DNA of 64,000 nucleotides from the human T2T-CHM13v2.0 reference genome, Homo sapiens (GCF_009914755.1 NC_060937.1); one strand, 5' to 3'. Positions 1 through 15,095 are shown, counted from the stretch's first letter. A program made the numbers and translations. The notes: a model not told the origin generated them from the sequence alone.

Positions 1-650
1 GGTCCAAGAAGCCTTTTTCTCCCCTTTGCATTACTTTGATGCACCTGTTATGATCCTGCTGAAAGCTCCCTTGCTTCTTTGGAGCTCTGAGGGGAGCTTT
101 GTACCTTTGAAATTTTCACGAGCTTTTGACTAGCTGCCAAGATTTCGGCTGCTGTGATGCAGCACAGAGGCAGCCATGCATTGGGCTGCCAAGTCTCAAA
201 TTCTTGTTTAGAATGACAGTGAGAACCTCCAGACCTCACTAAAGAGAATTTGCAGAACAGAACTGTATTCTTTCACAAGGTGGTTGGTGCCAAGGCCGGG
301 TTGGTCTTTGACAGAGCAGAAACCAGGATGATCAATATCAGAAGCATCCTCATGCATGGTTTTCAAATCAGGAGTGGGGGTTAGGAATGAAGTTTGCCGA
401 GTATTGGATATAACAGGGGATATTTAGAAAAGGTGCCAGGCATTGAACTGATTCAAATTTCTCCCAGTATCTACTCTTTTTGTAAAAGTAAGAAATTTTG
501 AATTGGAAATAACCTAATTAGTTTAGAAAAACAAATAAATAAGAAAATAAGCATAGCATTTTTTAAAGGCTTAGCTACTTAAGCATTTAAAATACCTTCT
601 CTCACAAAAGTTAAATCTTGTTCATGTGTACACTGGTTTTGATAAGATAA

Positions 651-986
<336 letters not shown>

Positions 987-1263
987 TAACTGAAAGTTTT
1001 AATATAGCTTTCAGGGATAACTTATGTACTCTTGAAACTATATCTGATATTTTGTATTTGTATGTATGTCTGTTGATGTCTCTCTCTGTATACATAGAAA
1101 CATTTCCATATCTAGCTAGCTAGCTCCCATTTGCAGGTTTTGTATATCCAGTTACAACAGCATAGTAGGGGAAAAGGAACCTGACATAATAATATTCGGT
1201 ATTTTTACAAGCAGGATATTAAAATTCATTTGCAAGTTCTTAGTGGAATGCAGTAGTTTTTGA

Positions 1264-1630
<367 letters not shown>

Positions 1631-1840
1631 TGAGAGTAGGAAACACCTATGGTTCAGTTTCTCTATGCCATTTGGAATATTTCAAGAACAGTATAGACAT
1701 AACTTGCATTCCAATTGTTTAAAGAATTGTATGAGTCTGAATGTGGAAATTAACCATTTTGTTTTCAGTGCTAATTTTATGAGACCAATAAGCCTGCAAT
1801 AGAATGACTAGGAAAGCTACTACCTTCATTAAGGAAAGAA

Positions 1841-2112
1841 GCTGGGTATGGTGGCTCACACCTGTAATCCCAGCACTTTGGGAGGACAAAGCAGGAGGAT
1901 CACTTGAAGCCAGGAGTTTAAAATTAGCTTGGGCAATGCAGCAAATCCCCATCTCTACAAAAGAAAATAATAATAATAAATAAATAAATAAATTAGCCAG
2001 GCCTGGTGGTATGCACTTGTAGTCCCAGCTACTCAGGAACACTGAGCCCAGGAGGTCGAGACTACAATGAGCCATGATTGCACCACTGCACTCCAGCCTG
2101 GAAGACAAAGTA
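1841..2112 (+). mobile_element. Alu SINE (AluJ), poly-A lost, middle A-rich linker expanded
   Basis: gctgggtatggtggctcacacctgtaatcccagc, J-type ggaggatcacttgaagccagg and gagcccaggaggtcgag; (AAT/AAAT)n linker. Confidence 0.9.
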
Positions 2113-2949
2113 AAGTCAGAGACCACAGCCAACCAGAACATGCATTGCTCTTGGTGGATAAGTGAGGCAAAGCAATTTATACTGTTTACTCCCCTATTTT
2201 CCTTTCCTTGAATTTTTCTAATATTTGTGTTTTTATAGCATTGTATCCACACACAAAAAATGATATAGACGCTGTGATAGTCAGTGTGCTGCTCCCCAGG
2301 CACATAAATCATCTGACTCAAATAAATGAAAATCTGGACATTATGATTCCTTAGTGAGCACGATGTGAGGTATCCTCCCTCCAGCTGCTGTCAATGACAC
2401 CACCAGGCTCAGCTCTGCCTCCCGCTGTGCCTCCACACCCTGCGTGAGACCCAATTTCTCACTTAAGACTAAAACAGTGCTTCTGTCTAGATCTGTGTTT
2501 TTCTACCATTTCTGTTTCGTTTCCACATACATAGAATTCATTTTTTCTTGAGTTAGACATATTTTATTTTCCTGAAAGCAAATAATAATTCAAATGAAGT
2601 GGCCTCTTTCTCCACTTTCTTCTTTGTTTACTCCTTCTTCCTTCCCTCATGCCACTCCTCCCTCCCACTTCCTCTGCTACCCCAGCACATCATGAAATAC
2701 TGTACATGTTGATATATTGTATTTGATTATGTTAGGAGAGCAAAGGAGTATAACATATTGTTCCATTCCCTGGGAAGCTTACCTAGCTAAATAATATTAT
2801 AAAATTTAAGTGCTGTGATCCTCAGAGAGATGAGAGGGAGAGATCAGTAAGGCCTACTTTAGCAAGGAGAGGCTTCATTTAATAAATATTTAATGATGAT
2901 TTACTGTGTGTAATTTATTTGCGTGTTGACTGCCCCGCCTCCAAGCCCC

Positions 2950-3070
2950 TCACCCTTCTGCTACTGTAAGCTCTTCGTGTGCAAGTATTGTGTTTGTTTT
3001 GTTCAAAATTGTATACTGTCTACCTGTGATACTCAAGGTGGGCATTGGAAAGTATTGTTGAGTGAATGCT
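2950..3070 (+). mobile_element. L2 3' end relic
   Basis: ctgtaagctcttcgtgtgcaag...tattgttgagtgaatg resembles the L2 3' terminus; highly diverged. Confidence 0.5.
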
Positions 3071-3544
3071 TAAAAGAATGGCAATTGGAGGATTCTCGGT
3101 TGTGCTTCTTTCTTTCAAGGAGATGGTACTTCAGCAGGGAAGCATCACATGAAGAATGTGATGGATTTGCTTTCAGGGAGGGAAAGGATGCACTCAGTTG
3201 GGGTCCCTCATTGCTGGTTCCTATTTTTATCTAGTTTAAGAAAGGACGAATTCACCCAGCATTGAAATCAAGTAGAAGGTAATTTACTACTTAGTCATTT
3301 ATGTGATTTCATCCCAGCAGCCAGCTGTTTCCTGGATCATATTTTATTACAATTTTTATTTATAGTATGTCTTTGCAAGAAAAACATCCGGTGCAGCAGA
3401 GCTTAGTAGTTAGTATGTAATAATGTGTATTTGAAAGCTACATAGAAGACGCTTTTTGCAAGTTTCCCTACAACAGTGAGAGTATCAAATCCCCTTCTCC
3501 CATTTTTAAAGCTGTGAAGGATTTCCCCTGAGATTTATGGCTTT

Positions 3545-3720
3545 GGTACAATGGAAAGTGGATTAGACTTGAGGTTAGCAATCATGTGTCTGAATCTTCA
3601 CCCTATCACTTAGCAGTGTGGACTTGGTAAATTGATTAACCTGGGTATGGCTCAGTTAAAACTTGCCTCACAAGTGAGAAGATGTGAGAGTTAAAGGGAA
3701 AAAAGATGTCAAGTGTCTGT
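3545..3720 (+). mobile_element. MIR relic
   Basis: tgtgtctgaatcttcaccctatcacttagcagtgtggacttggtaaattgattaacc resembles the MIR core. Confidence 0.55.
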
Positions 3721-5379
3721 ACTAAGAACACGTATTTCTCTTTTTCCATCTCTCCAGTATAAAAAATGTTTGTTCTGGAAGTCTATTATTACAGCTTAGG
3801 AAGTAATTTAAATTATTCTTTCTGTGTTAATTCTGAATTTTAGCTTCATTTTAGGCACTTCATAGGAATGCCAGTATCACATACCTAGTCCATTTTATTT
3901 TGTGATTTCCCCCAAAACACCAAAATGCAATGCCAGCTCTTGACATATTGTTCTATCTTTCGACAGGAATTCGAATTCTCTTGGATTATAAATGCATGGA
4001 TTGCCCAGAACATTTTCATGGTACATAATGGGAATGAATTATTCTTCAAACTTATTTTAGTCCAAAAAGGAACAAATGTTACAAAAGAATCAGGATAATA
4101 ACTACATCTTTTGGAATCCTTCCTTATAACATTTATTTTGAATCCTTTCAGAGAAGCTCATGGAAATGCGCAGTCATGTCTGTAGATGGCATCCTTGTAC
4201 CGGATGAAATAAAATGATAATTAAGTATGCGAGATCTTTCCCATAACAGTCAGCCCGTTTAGTGTAAAGTGTATACTTAAGAATCCATGATACCAGTTTT
4301 TGGAATTGGGAAATAATGCGTGGGAAGTTGATATGTATTTTTTGGGGAAAAAAAGTAGGAGACCAAATACAAACTGATGGGTTCTATAATAATTGTGTTT
4401 TCTTCTTAAAGTGTCTTAGAGGAGAAAAGTTGAAAAAGGGTCAAGATGAAAAGGCTTCACTTTTATTTTCTGGAAGCATTTAATCAAACCAATAGGACTG
4501 TGGACTGGTTAATGTCATCCCTAAGCCACCCCAAAATAAAATTCTGCAATCTCCCCATTCTTTCAACATATCTTATGTGATAAAGAACTTTTCGTACATA
4601 TTTTTCATTTCTTTGTGATTAGCTTTTTCCTGGTTTATGTAAACTGTTCATGTATTTTTTCTTTCCTTTTTTTCTTAAAAACAACTATAATTGGATTTTT
4701 GTGTTTCTAATGCTGGCCAGGGTACTAATATTTTATTGTCGTATATGTTTTTGTAGTTCATGAAACAGTAAGGAAAATTTCACCTAAAAGGGTATTTTAA
4801 TAGTCTGATTACTGGAATAAATTGTTGGGATAAATTGTGCACTCTTTTCCTGGAAACTGGCATCTGGGGAACAGCATTACCTACCACATATGATATATGA
4901 CATGTATAAGTTGTTTATTCTAAGTTGCAGTTGGTACGAAAATATTTGAAAAGAAGCACCATATTTTTTCCTCCTAAGAACTCTAATTCCATTGTTTGTT
5001 TTTGTTTACCAGAATGTCTGGCAGCTTGTATATCACAACTGCTAGGCTATATCCACTTTCACCAAATCAGACTGGGACAAATATTTCATCAGCATTCACT
5101 GATAGCAAATAACACCCAACTTTTTATCTCATTTATTATGAACAATGATAATAATTGTTATATATAACTGACATTATTAAAAAGACCCTATATTACATAA
5201 ATGTGATCATAGCTACAATTATGTAAATGTTCTAGCTCTAAGGTTATTTAAATTTAGCTTTGTGTAGAGAAATCATGTTTATTTGCACAGTTTTGGTATT
5301 CAATGGAGAAAAATATGATATAGAAAAATAATAAAATGCTGGGTCTCATTAGACTGATGGAGATAACCATGGTAAGATT

Positions 5380-5650
5380 GAGCATTGATTAAAAGACATT
5401 CTAGCACCAGCAAGTACTAGCAAGTTCTGTGCTAGGCCCTCCAGAAACAAAACCGGGGAAGATGTAGTCCCAGCCCTTGAGGGTCAATAACTCAGTGCAG
5501 GGGAAAGTAACATGCAAAACCGTAACAAGACAAAGCCAGCATTATAAGATATATAAATACAAGATGTTTTAGAGACAAAGAGGACACAACTAAGTTTACT
5601 TGAATGAGTTGAGTCCGTCCTCATGTGTTGGAGCTAACTCTTGAAGACAG
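5380..5650 (-). mobile_element. L2 relic
   Basis: ttctgtgctaggccctccagaaacaaaa...gtagtcccagcccttgagg resembles the antisense L2 3' region. Confidence 0.5.
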
Positions 5651-5746
5651 CCACTGGACTTTTTTAATTTACATTTTTTTCAGTGGTTAAATATGACACA
5701 CAGTGTAAAACATATATGTGGCATTTAATGGATGCATATAAAGTGA

Positions 5747-6212
<466 letters not shown>

Positions 6213-7435
6213 ATATGCTTTCTTAAATAGCAGAGTTTTGCATAGTTTTGAACAGCTATCATACTATATAGATTATTTTGTTTCTGGCATCTACTGCTCA
6301 ATATTTTGTTTGTAAAATCCATCTATATTATTGCGTACAGCTGTGGTTTATTCATTTTAATTGCTGAATATTTTATGAATATAACAATTTATTGAGCTAT
6401 TCTATTGCTGATGGATATTTGAGTGTTTTCACATTGGGGCTATTCAGAATAACATTACTTAGAGCTGCCTGTATATAATTGTTGCACGTGCCTATGTTTC
6501 TCTGCAATGCATACTGAGGAGAGAAATTGCTGGATTATAAGTTTTGCATGCTCTCAGATTTACTAGATAATGTCACACTGCCTTTTGATATGGTTGTATC
6601 AATTTATACTCTCATGATATGAGATGACATCTCCACATCCTCCGCAACACATAGTATTGTCAGACTGTAAATTTTTTAACAACTCAGTGAGTTTGAAGTT
6701 ATATTTTTCTTAATTTGTATTTCCCTTATTTCTAATATTTACGGACTATTTGCCTTCCCTCTTTACAAAGCATTTTCTTGAATATTTTGCCCATTTTTCA
6801 TTTATGTAGTCCTGTCTTTATCTTAATATTGGTAAGAATTTGTCATTGTCGTTGTTGGTGGTGGTGGTGGTATTTTTGTTTTTATAGTCCCTATTTAGTT
6901 ATTTTTTAAAAAAATATATTCTCTTACATTATGGTTTGCATTTGTACCATTTTCGTGGTGTCTGTGATGCACTAATTGTCAATATTTATATAATGGAATT
7001 TATTAATCATTTACTTTATTATTTGTGTTTTTTGGGAGGCTTTAAAATTTAGTCTTTACCCTAGGAAATAAAAATATGTTGTTAATAATTTTCTCATAGC
7101 CTTATAGGCATGTTTTTCAACAAAGATACCTAGAAATGAATTTTATACACAGGGCCATGCAAGTCCCATTTAGTTTATTTTCTATTTAAATTGATTTCCA
7201 CTCGGCCCTCATTTTCTGCAAAGCCTCCCCCCACCACCATCCCACTACTCTGCAGTGCGAAGTATCTAATTTGTCAAGCGTCCATAAATAAATTGGTCTA
7301 TCTTTGAGCGTATTATTCTGTTCCTTTTGTGTATGGGCTTGTCATTGTGCTACTACCATAGTTTGCTAATCAGTAGAAACTTATTATAAGTCTGCATGTT
7401 TAGTTGAGCTTTATTCTTCAAGAATATACTTCCAG

Positions 7436-7787
<352 letters not shown>

Positions 7788-9292
7788 TCAAATTATATGA
7801 AATGTGTTATGGTTTTGGGTGGGATAACATTCTATTCATATTGTAATGTTTCAACTTTTAAGCAATGAACATAGTATGCAGCTTCATTAGTTAACTGCCT
7901 TTAATGCTTCTCAATAATATTTTATATTTCTTGGAGATATCTCACACATCTATTTACAGTTATTCCCAGAATATCTAAATTGATATTCACTGTTACTATT
8001 GTAATTATTGAAACTTTGTTTTCTTGCTGTTGTTTATAAATAGGAATGCAATTTAATACATATGTCAAGTTTATATCCAGCAACCTTGTTAAACATCGTA
8101 ATCTGTCCTAGACGTTTACTTTACATTCCTTGGCATATTATTGTATTGTCTAGGAAAAAGGCTCTTCCCCACTTTTTTCAATCCTTATACATTTATTTTC
8201 TTCTTCCGTTGTTTTGTTTAAAACTTCCTACAATGTTGAATAAAAGTGGAGATATTTCTTCTGATAATGATTCTAAATCAAAGTAATAATTTTAGTTATT
8301 CATCAATAAGTGTGAAGTTTTCTGTAGGTTTGATATATGTTATGTCAGATAAAGAGGGTTTCCCTCTATTTTTAGTTTGCTAAGAATTTTTTAATGAATG
8401 GATATTGAATTTTATCATATGGATTTTCTCAATCTATTGGAAGACGTAATGTGATTTCTTCTAATCTATTCATATGATTATTATATTAATGGATGCTAAC
8501 TAATCATCAAAACTCCAAATCCTACTTAGACATTACATGTGATCCTTTTTATATATTGATAAAATCAATTTATTAATATTTTTATAGGATTTCTGTATCT
8601 GTAACTATGAATAGAATCTGGCTTGAGGTTTTTAAATGTGCAAAAAAATTTGAACTAAACAATCAAGGTTTAATGTGTCATACACATGCAAAATAGAACG
8701 TATTTTTAATTGTAAAATTAATTATCCTTAAAGGAAAGCCTTTATCTTATACTGCTTTTGTGCTTTTGGATTATTTGGAAAAAATTAATTCATTGTCAGA
8801 GCTCTGACTACACCGTAGAGTTCAAGTGCAACAGAATTGGTAGAACATAGAGTGGGATTTCCTAGATGTCCTTCTCAAACCACAAGTGAAGAGCAAGCAT
8901 GTAGTATACAGACATCCCCAAAGTAGAAGTTATTCATGTTACAGTCAACTATAAGCCATCAATCATCAACTTGAGCTCCTTGAGAGCACTTGAGTCCCTG
9001 ATTCGTTTGTCAGAAAAAGACAGACAGACAGACAATGAAACCTGGATGTTGATTAATTTCCATGGACACTCTTTGCTCTTTGGAAGAGTGGCAGGATGGA
9101 CTTTCATTTGCTGCACTTTTGTCTGAAGCTATACATATAGAAAAGAGACGCAAGATCAGGATGAGATAAGAAATAACGCATTAACCTTCACACTTGAACA
9201 TACTTTGTGAACATCGTCAGTAAGCAAGTTAAATAAATATTTAGAATTTCAAGATAATATTAACATTCTTTGTGAAAGCTTTTTATTTTACT

Positions 9293-9496
9293 AGGCAAGA
9301 GAACTTGTGCAGGGGAACTGCCCTTTATAAAAACCATCAGATCTTGTGAGACCTATTCACTATCATGAAAACAGCACAGGAAAAACTACCCCTGTGCTGT
9401 TCTCATGATAGTGCATAAGGTTCCTCCCATGACACGTGGGGATTATGGGAGCTATAATTCAAGATCAGATTTGGATCATAGGGTCAAGCCATATCA
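9293..9496 (-). mobile_element. THE1-family (MaLR) LTR, 5' half only, with internal rearrangement
   Basis: Antisense of the THE1 start (…tgatatgg…caaatctgatcttgaattatagctcccataatccccacgtgtcatggg…). Truncated at aggcaagagaacttgtgcagggg. Confidence 0.88.
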
Positions 9497-11244
9497 CATA
9501 AGAAAAGGAAAAGTTTGCTGTTGAAGGAGGATGAATATGATAATCACAGGTACTTCAAAACTAGTATGTTCCTGCACTCTATCAATATCACATGAGTTGG
9601 ACTCTAAGTCTAGGTAGCTCTCTCTTCCTCTTTATAAAGTTTTGAAAACTTCATGTTAGACACATGTATTAAATTAATATTATTCTCCTGTGCCTGTGAA
9701 TTTTGCTTAGTTTCATTAGTGATTATAAGCATCTCATAATCATTTATTTATACCCAAATAAAGTGTCTTAAATGTTTGGGTTCTGACATCTACTAAACCA
9801 ATGTAGAGACCAAGTCAGTATCACTATAGTATGATGGAATATACTGAGAAGGAAAAGGTTGAACCAATAAAGTATGTATTAATAGTAAAGGTAATAGCAT
9901 TTAACATGTTTTAAATCGCAGAACTATGAAAAAGTAGGAGTTCAGATAATGTATTCTATTGCTTAGTTTTGGCAGTATATGTTGTTGAAAGCTTTATGTG
10001 TTATGCCACTACCCCCAAACTGCCAATATCTGGAAAAGATTTATAATATAGAGATTCCATAGATTTAGATGTTCATTCACCACAGTCTGTGCCTGAATAC
10101 AAAAATATTTTTAACAAAATGTCTTTTTTTGTTTGTTTGATGCTCCACAGATGTGAAATATGGATCAACAGACTCCTCATGACCAATCATAAATTAGAGT
10201 AAAATTACCAAAGAGTATGTGAAAGTAAATTAATGCTCCCACTTCAACTTAAAGAATTATTAAGTAATGTCTTAGCTTCACCTTAGATGTTTGAAGCAGA
10301 GCTGCGAAAAGAACTAGTTTCTTCTCAGTCTTGATCCAGGATTTACCTTCTTCACATCTCTTTTACTTTCTTGAACTTGAAATGGATATTTCATCTTTAT
10401 TCTTAGTCTTTTATTAATCTCTTAAAAATTATGACCCAAACTAACATAAACTGCACAAAACCAATTTTTGCTATAAAACAGTGAGTGCTTTTGAGTAAGA
10501 TCCAATGTCATAATCACTCTTTGTCTATTATAATATATGTAACTGTATCTCCACCCCTTATTTGATTGCTATTTCATTTTTGCTTCATTAGTTCTTTCAA
10601 TATGTCTATAACTAATGTTTATAATCTTATGTGTAATACCTGACATTTATAATTCTGTTTCTAAGATCATTTTCCTAATGGCTGAACCACTTTGAAATAT
10701 CAATATGGTTGGTGTTGTGCATTTGGCAAAGTTATCTAATCGAGACCATTCTTCAGGACTGCTTGAAATCATGGGCCAGTACAGAATGCATTAGCTAAGT
10801 AAAACAGTAAGTGGTCACATGTGATTTAATAAAACAAATGCAATTTAAAAAGTCTTCAGGGAAAGAATAAGACTGTATAAATCTATTTCATTTCTCTCAA
10901 TGCATAAGACAGTATACTATGTGGTTATGTGCTATTTGAAAGGTTTTTGAGCATCATAAAACTAAATTTTGAAATCAATTCAACAAAAATGACATAAATG
11001 GATAAAGAGAAAGACAGAAAGATGAGATTATAATTGGACTATGATGGCATGAAATTTTGAAGGAAGAAAATTAGGGCACTAAATTAAGGAGGGTAGAAGG
11101 AAAGAGACTGAGGAAAGAAAGTCTAGAAAGCATTTAAACCCCAGACAGTGTTTTAATAAGAAAAGTTTTAAATGGCTCAGTATTCATTGTAGATTCATGG
11201 CAATCCAGTTTTGCAACATGGCAAAGTGAAATGTGAAAGGCAGA

Positions 11245-11445
11245 TTAAAGTTCCAGTACTGGCTGAGATAATTAATGGTTTATGATTTTGGATAAGTTAC
11301 TTTAAGTTTTTCAGCTTTAGTCTCTTCATCTGTAAATAAATAGGAGTTATTTACTTTAAAAAATGTGTGAAAGTAAAATAGAATCACATATTCAAAAATG
11401 CCTATCTCAGTATTTGGTTCATGGCATACCTCCAATAAATGTTTC
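11245..11445 (+). mobile_element. MIR relic
   Basis: tgattttggataagttactttaag...tctcttcatctgtaaat is the MIR core. Confidence 0.65.
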
Positions 11446-11599
11446 TTTGTCCCCTTCCCACTTAATATTATTGAGATTGTTTATCTAGATGTGATGGATC
11501 ACATCTGGCATAAGTATATCATGGGAGAATTTCTTTTCCAAGAAGATTAAATCCTCAGTATATTTGAATGAAACTTTATTAAATAGTTATTATAAAATC

Positions 11600-11800
11600 T
11601 AATCTCTATTGAACACTTTCTATGTACATTAGATATTCTGCATGAAATATTACATTTAATTCTGACTGCAATTTTATGTTATTTCTATCATTCTGTTTTG
11701 TAGATTTGGTCATTCATATAAAGAATAAATGGTTATGCAGAAATGAAAACTAAGTTTGTCTTATTCTAAAGCCTGTGATCTCAACCATGAAATTATACTG
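11600..11800 (-). mobile_element. MIR relic (antisense)
   Basis: tattgaacactttctatgtac...acatttaattct...cattctgttttgtagat...ctaaagcctgtgatctcaacc. Confidence 0.5.
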
Positions 11801-11858
11801 TTTAATTGATATTCATCAATGATGCTAACATTTAGAGATTTAACATATATTTGTTTTC

Positions 11859-11948
11859 CAGAGAGAGAGAGAGAGGATCGGGTGGGGGAGGGAGAGAGAG
11901 AGAGCTAGAGAGAGAAAGAGAGAGACAGAGTGGAAGAGAAAATAGAGA
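11859..11948. repeat. (GA)n / GA-rich simple repeat
   Basis: agagagagagagagag...ggagagagagagag...agagagacagag seen directly. Confidence 0.9.
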
Positions 11949-11984
11949 ATATCAAAAGAGTATGACATGGCTATAATTGATTTT

Positions 11985-12180
11985 TATTCTGTACCTAACT
12001 TTTTGAACTTGCCCAAGCAGCAGTATCTCTCAGTCTTACTTTTTGTAATGTAAAACTGGATAAATATGCTTATCTCCAATGTTATCTTCAGGATTAAATG
12101 AAATTATACGTTTGTGTGTTGTGTCTAAGCACATGTTTATGTGTAGTGTATAGCATTGCCCTATTCTTGGCAGAGTAATA
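11985..12180 (+). mobile_element. MIR relic
   Basis: tctctcagtcttactttttgtaatgtaaaactggataa...ggattaaatgaaatta. Confidence 0.55.
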
Positions 12181-12249
12181 AAATGAGCTGTCCGTTTTTA
12201 TAGATTGAAAATATTTGAATCATAATGCCTTATAATGGTTGAAATAAAA

Positions 12250-13120
12250 AGTGAACCACTTCATTCCAATTCCAGCAATAGCAACAGAGTTGGAGCTGAA
12301 AATTATAAACCCTGGGGAAAATATAGAACAGCTATGTGAAATCACAGAAAAATGGCCAAAAGAAAGTAGAAACTGGAAGGGATTTGATCCCTGAAGAAAA
12401 GAACTATACTGGGTGAGATTTGTGTTCATGTGGCTTTTTGTCAGAGGATGCTCCGGACTCACGTGATACCAGTTGGCTGGAACTGAAGCCAAAAGCCACA
12501 GACTTACTGGCTTGAGGAGTCAGATGATGAGGTTTGAGTCTACAAGACAGTCATGAAAATGAAAGAGGAATTTAATAAAGGAGGGAACAACAAAGGGAAG
12601 AAGCCTCAACTCTGCATATCTGAACTGTTCCCAAATCTTTGGCTTACTCCTCAACAGTACTTACATGAGGGAAGCTCCAAACATTCTGAAACAACATAAC
12701 AACTGGCAGGCTAAAAGAACCCAGTAGTAAGTCTAGCTGCTGTCCACCACCAGTGAGACAGATCGTGAAGTTAGTCTGGACAAGTTAACTAAAAATAACA
12801 TTCTTCAGAGGAAGATAACAGAGTCCAGAGTTTAATACATGTCCACAAACTTCAGTTGAAAATAATAAAAAATATGCATGCAAGGAAATATGAGAAACAG
12901 GACCAAAAGTAAAATTAAAAGGCAGTTAATATTAAATAAATCATAAACTTGAGATGTCTACATGTTGCATTTAGCAGATAAAGACTTTAAAGCAGTCATA
13001 TTAAATACGTTCAAGCACTTAAAGGTAAATATGTTTTCATTGGAAGAACAGATGTGGAATATCAGCATCTGTCTCTATCTACCTAATATATATTGGTCTA
13101 TCATCTATCAAGAGTACCAA
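12250..13120 (+). mobile_element. Ancient L1M 5'/ORF1-region fragment
   Basis: gatgtctacatgttgcatttagcagataaagactttaaagcagtcatattaaatacgttcaag is typical of old L1M ORF1. Left boundary uncertain. Confidence 0.55.
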
Positions 13121-13125
13121 ATGGA

Positions 13126-13211
13126 AATTTGAAGTACAGTTTCTATTGAAAGTATATTGCTTTTATACCATCATAAAATCATAAGTTGAGAAATCATAAG
13201 TCAGGGAGCAT
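13126..13211 (+). mobile_element. MER47/Tigger5-like DNA transposon terminal fragment
   Basis: tttgaagtacagtttctattgaaagtatattgcttttataccatcataaa...cataagtcagggagcat matches the recalled MER47A end. Confidence 0.6.
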
Positions 13212-15030
13212 ATTAAGAGGTCAATTCTCCCCTAAATTAATGTATATTTTCAGTAAAATACCAAAGTCTCAAGAGGCTGTTTTATATTAAATTACAAAAT
13301 ATTTAAAAATCTATATGGACATATGGAAGACAGAATAAGCAAAACAGTCTTGAAAATGATGTCTATAATTGAAGTATTTACACTATTTGACATCAAAGTT
13401 TAAATTAAAGTCAGAGTATTCAGTAGTGTATGGAACTGACACGAGAATTGACAAATAGATCACTAAAGCAAAAGAGTAAGTTCAATTAACTTTTAGCAAA
13501 GTTGCCAAAGCAATTCAATTGGTAAAGGAAAGCATTGTTAATAAATGATTTAAAAACACTGTTCAATTGAATGAGTGTTTGTGTGTGTATGTATGTGCAT
13601 GTCACACCATACAAATCAATTCATGATGGATCATAGACTTAAACATAAATACAAAATTTAAGAGTGGAAAGATGGTTACCAGAGGCAGGAAAGGGGAGTG
13701 GGGAGGGGGAAATAAAGAGGAGTTGTTGAATGGGTAGAAAAAACGTAGTTAGACAAAGTAAGATCTAGTGTTTGGTAGCATAATAGGGTGAATTTAAGTA
13801 ACAATAAGTCTATATTTAAAAATAAAATAGTGGAATTGGAATGTTTCTAACACAAATAAATGATAAATGCTTGTGGTGGAAGATATCCCAATTACCCTGA
13901 TGTGATCATTACATATTGTGTGTTTATATCAACATATCAGGTGTATTCCATGAATATGTACAACTATTATGTATCAATAGAAATTATTTAAAAATGTATA
14001 AAACCTATAAAGCTTTTAAAAGAATACAAAAATATATCTTCTTGACTTATAGCACAATAAAGAATAACCAAAGCATTAAAAATACCATGTAAACTGCATC
14101 CAAATGATAAGTATCCTCATGAAAAGACACTTATAATATGCACACAGGCACGAATTGGAATAAATATGCATAAAATCTATATTGGGTAAAGGCTGGCCTA
14201 GAATATATAAAGAGCTCCTACAATTTAATTATTAAAAGACAAATGAATAGAAGAACAAAGGACATGAACAGACACTTAGATCATAAAGGAAGATATATGA
14301 AATGGCAATTAGCACATACAGATTGCTCAGTTATTAGTCATCATGGAAATGTAAATCAAGACCCTAGCTCAGTTATTAGTTATCATAGAAATGTAAATCA
14401 AGACTGCAATGAAATATCAGACTACACAAATTAAATCTGCTGAAATTAAAGACTTAAACTGTTTCTTGCTGAGCGTATAGAATAACTCCTATACTGATTG
14501 AAGTTTAGAATGATATAATCACTTTGGAATGTGTTTTTTGACACTTTCTTATAGTTATACACACCACTTACTCCTTAACTTGGCAATATGTCACTGGATA
14601 TTTACCCAAGAGAAATTAAAATATATCCATATAAAGACTTGTTTATACGTACTCACAGCATCATTATTCAAAATAACCCAACATTGTAAAATGGAAATAT
14701 CCATCAACAGCAGAAAAGATAACCAAACTTGTGTATTTACACAATGAATTCTGAATATAATAAAAAGGAACAAACTAGTGATAGATGCAACAACATGGCT
14801 GAATAGCAAAAGCATTATGCTGAGTAAAATAAGCCAACATACGATTTCATTTACATGAAGTACTTAATATTGAAATCTAATGATGCACAAATCAGAACAT
14901 TGGTGCTTTGTGTAGAGTGGAAAGATAACTTTCTCAGATTACTTTAATGTTTCTTATCTTTATAGATTATGGGAGTGTGCATTTTCAAAAACTCATTGAA
15001 TGGTACATTTAATATTTGTGCATTTCACCC
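13212..15030 (+). mobile_element. Ancient L1ME-like ORF2 3' part and 3' UTR
   Basis: ggtcaattctcccctaaattaat, gccaaagcaattcaattggtaaagg, tttacccaagagaaattaaaa, actcattgaatggtacatttaatatttgtgcatttca. Confidence 0.75.
13661..13995 (+). mobile_element. L1MA (MA3/MA4-like) 3' end inserted in the L1ME
   Basis: agatggttaccagaggc...taagatctagtgtttggtagc...aattaccctgatgtgatcattaca...aactattatgtatcaatag. Confidence 0.8.
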
Positions 15031-15095
15031 TATGTCACTACTCACACTCACCCCTCATACACACACAATAACTGTATGTGAATGTCCTTCCAATA

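Noticed and set aside
3960-4330. Possible exons after ttctatctttcgacag and aatcctttcag, with slightly more CpGs than the surroundings
   Set aside because: The donors are weak (gtacat, gtatgc), the reading frames are short and I recognise no protein. Not enough support.
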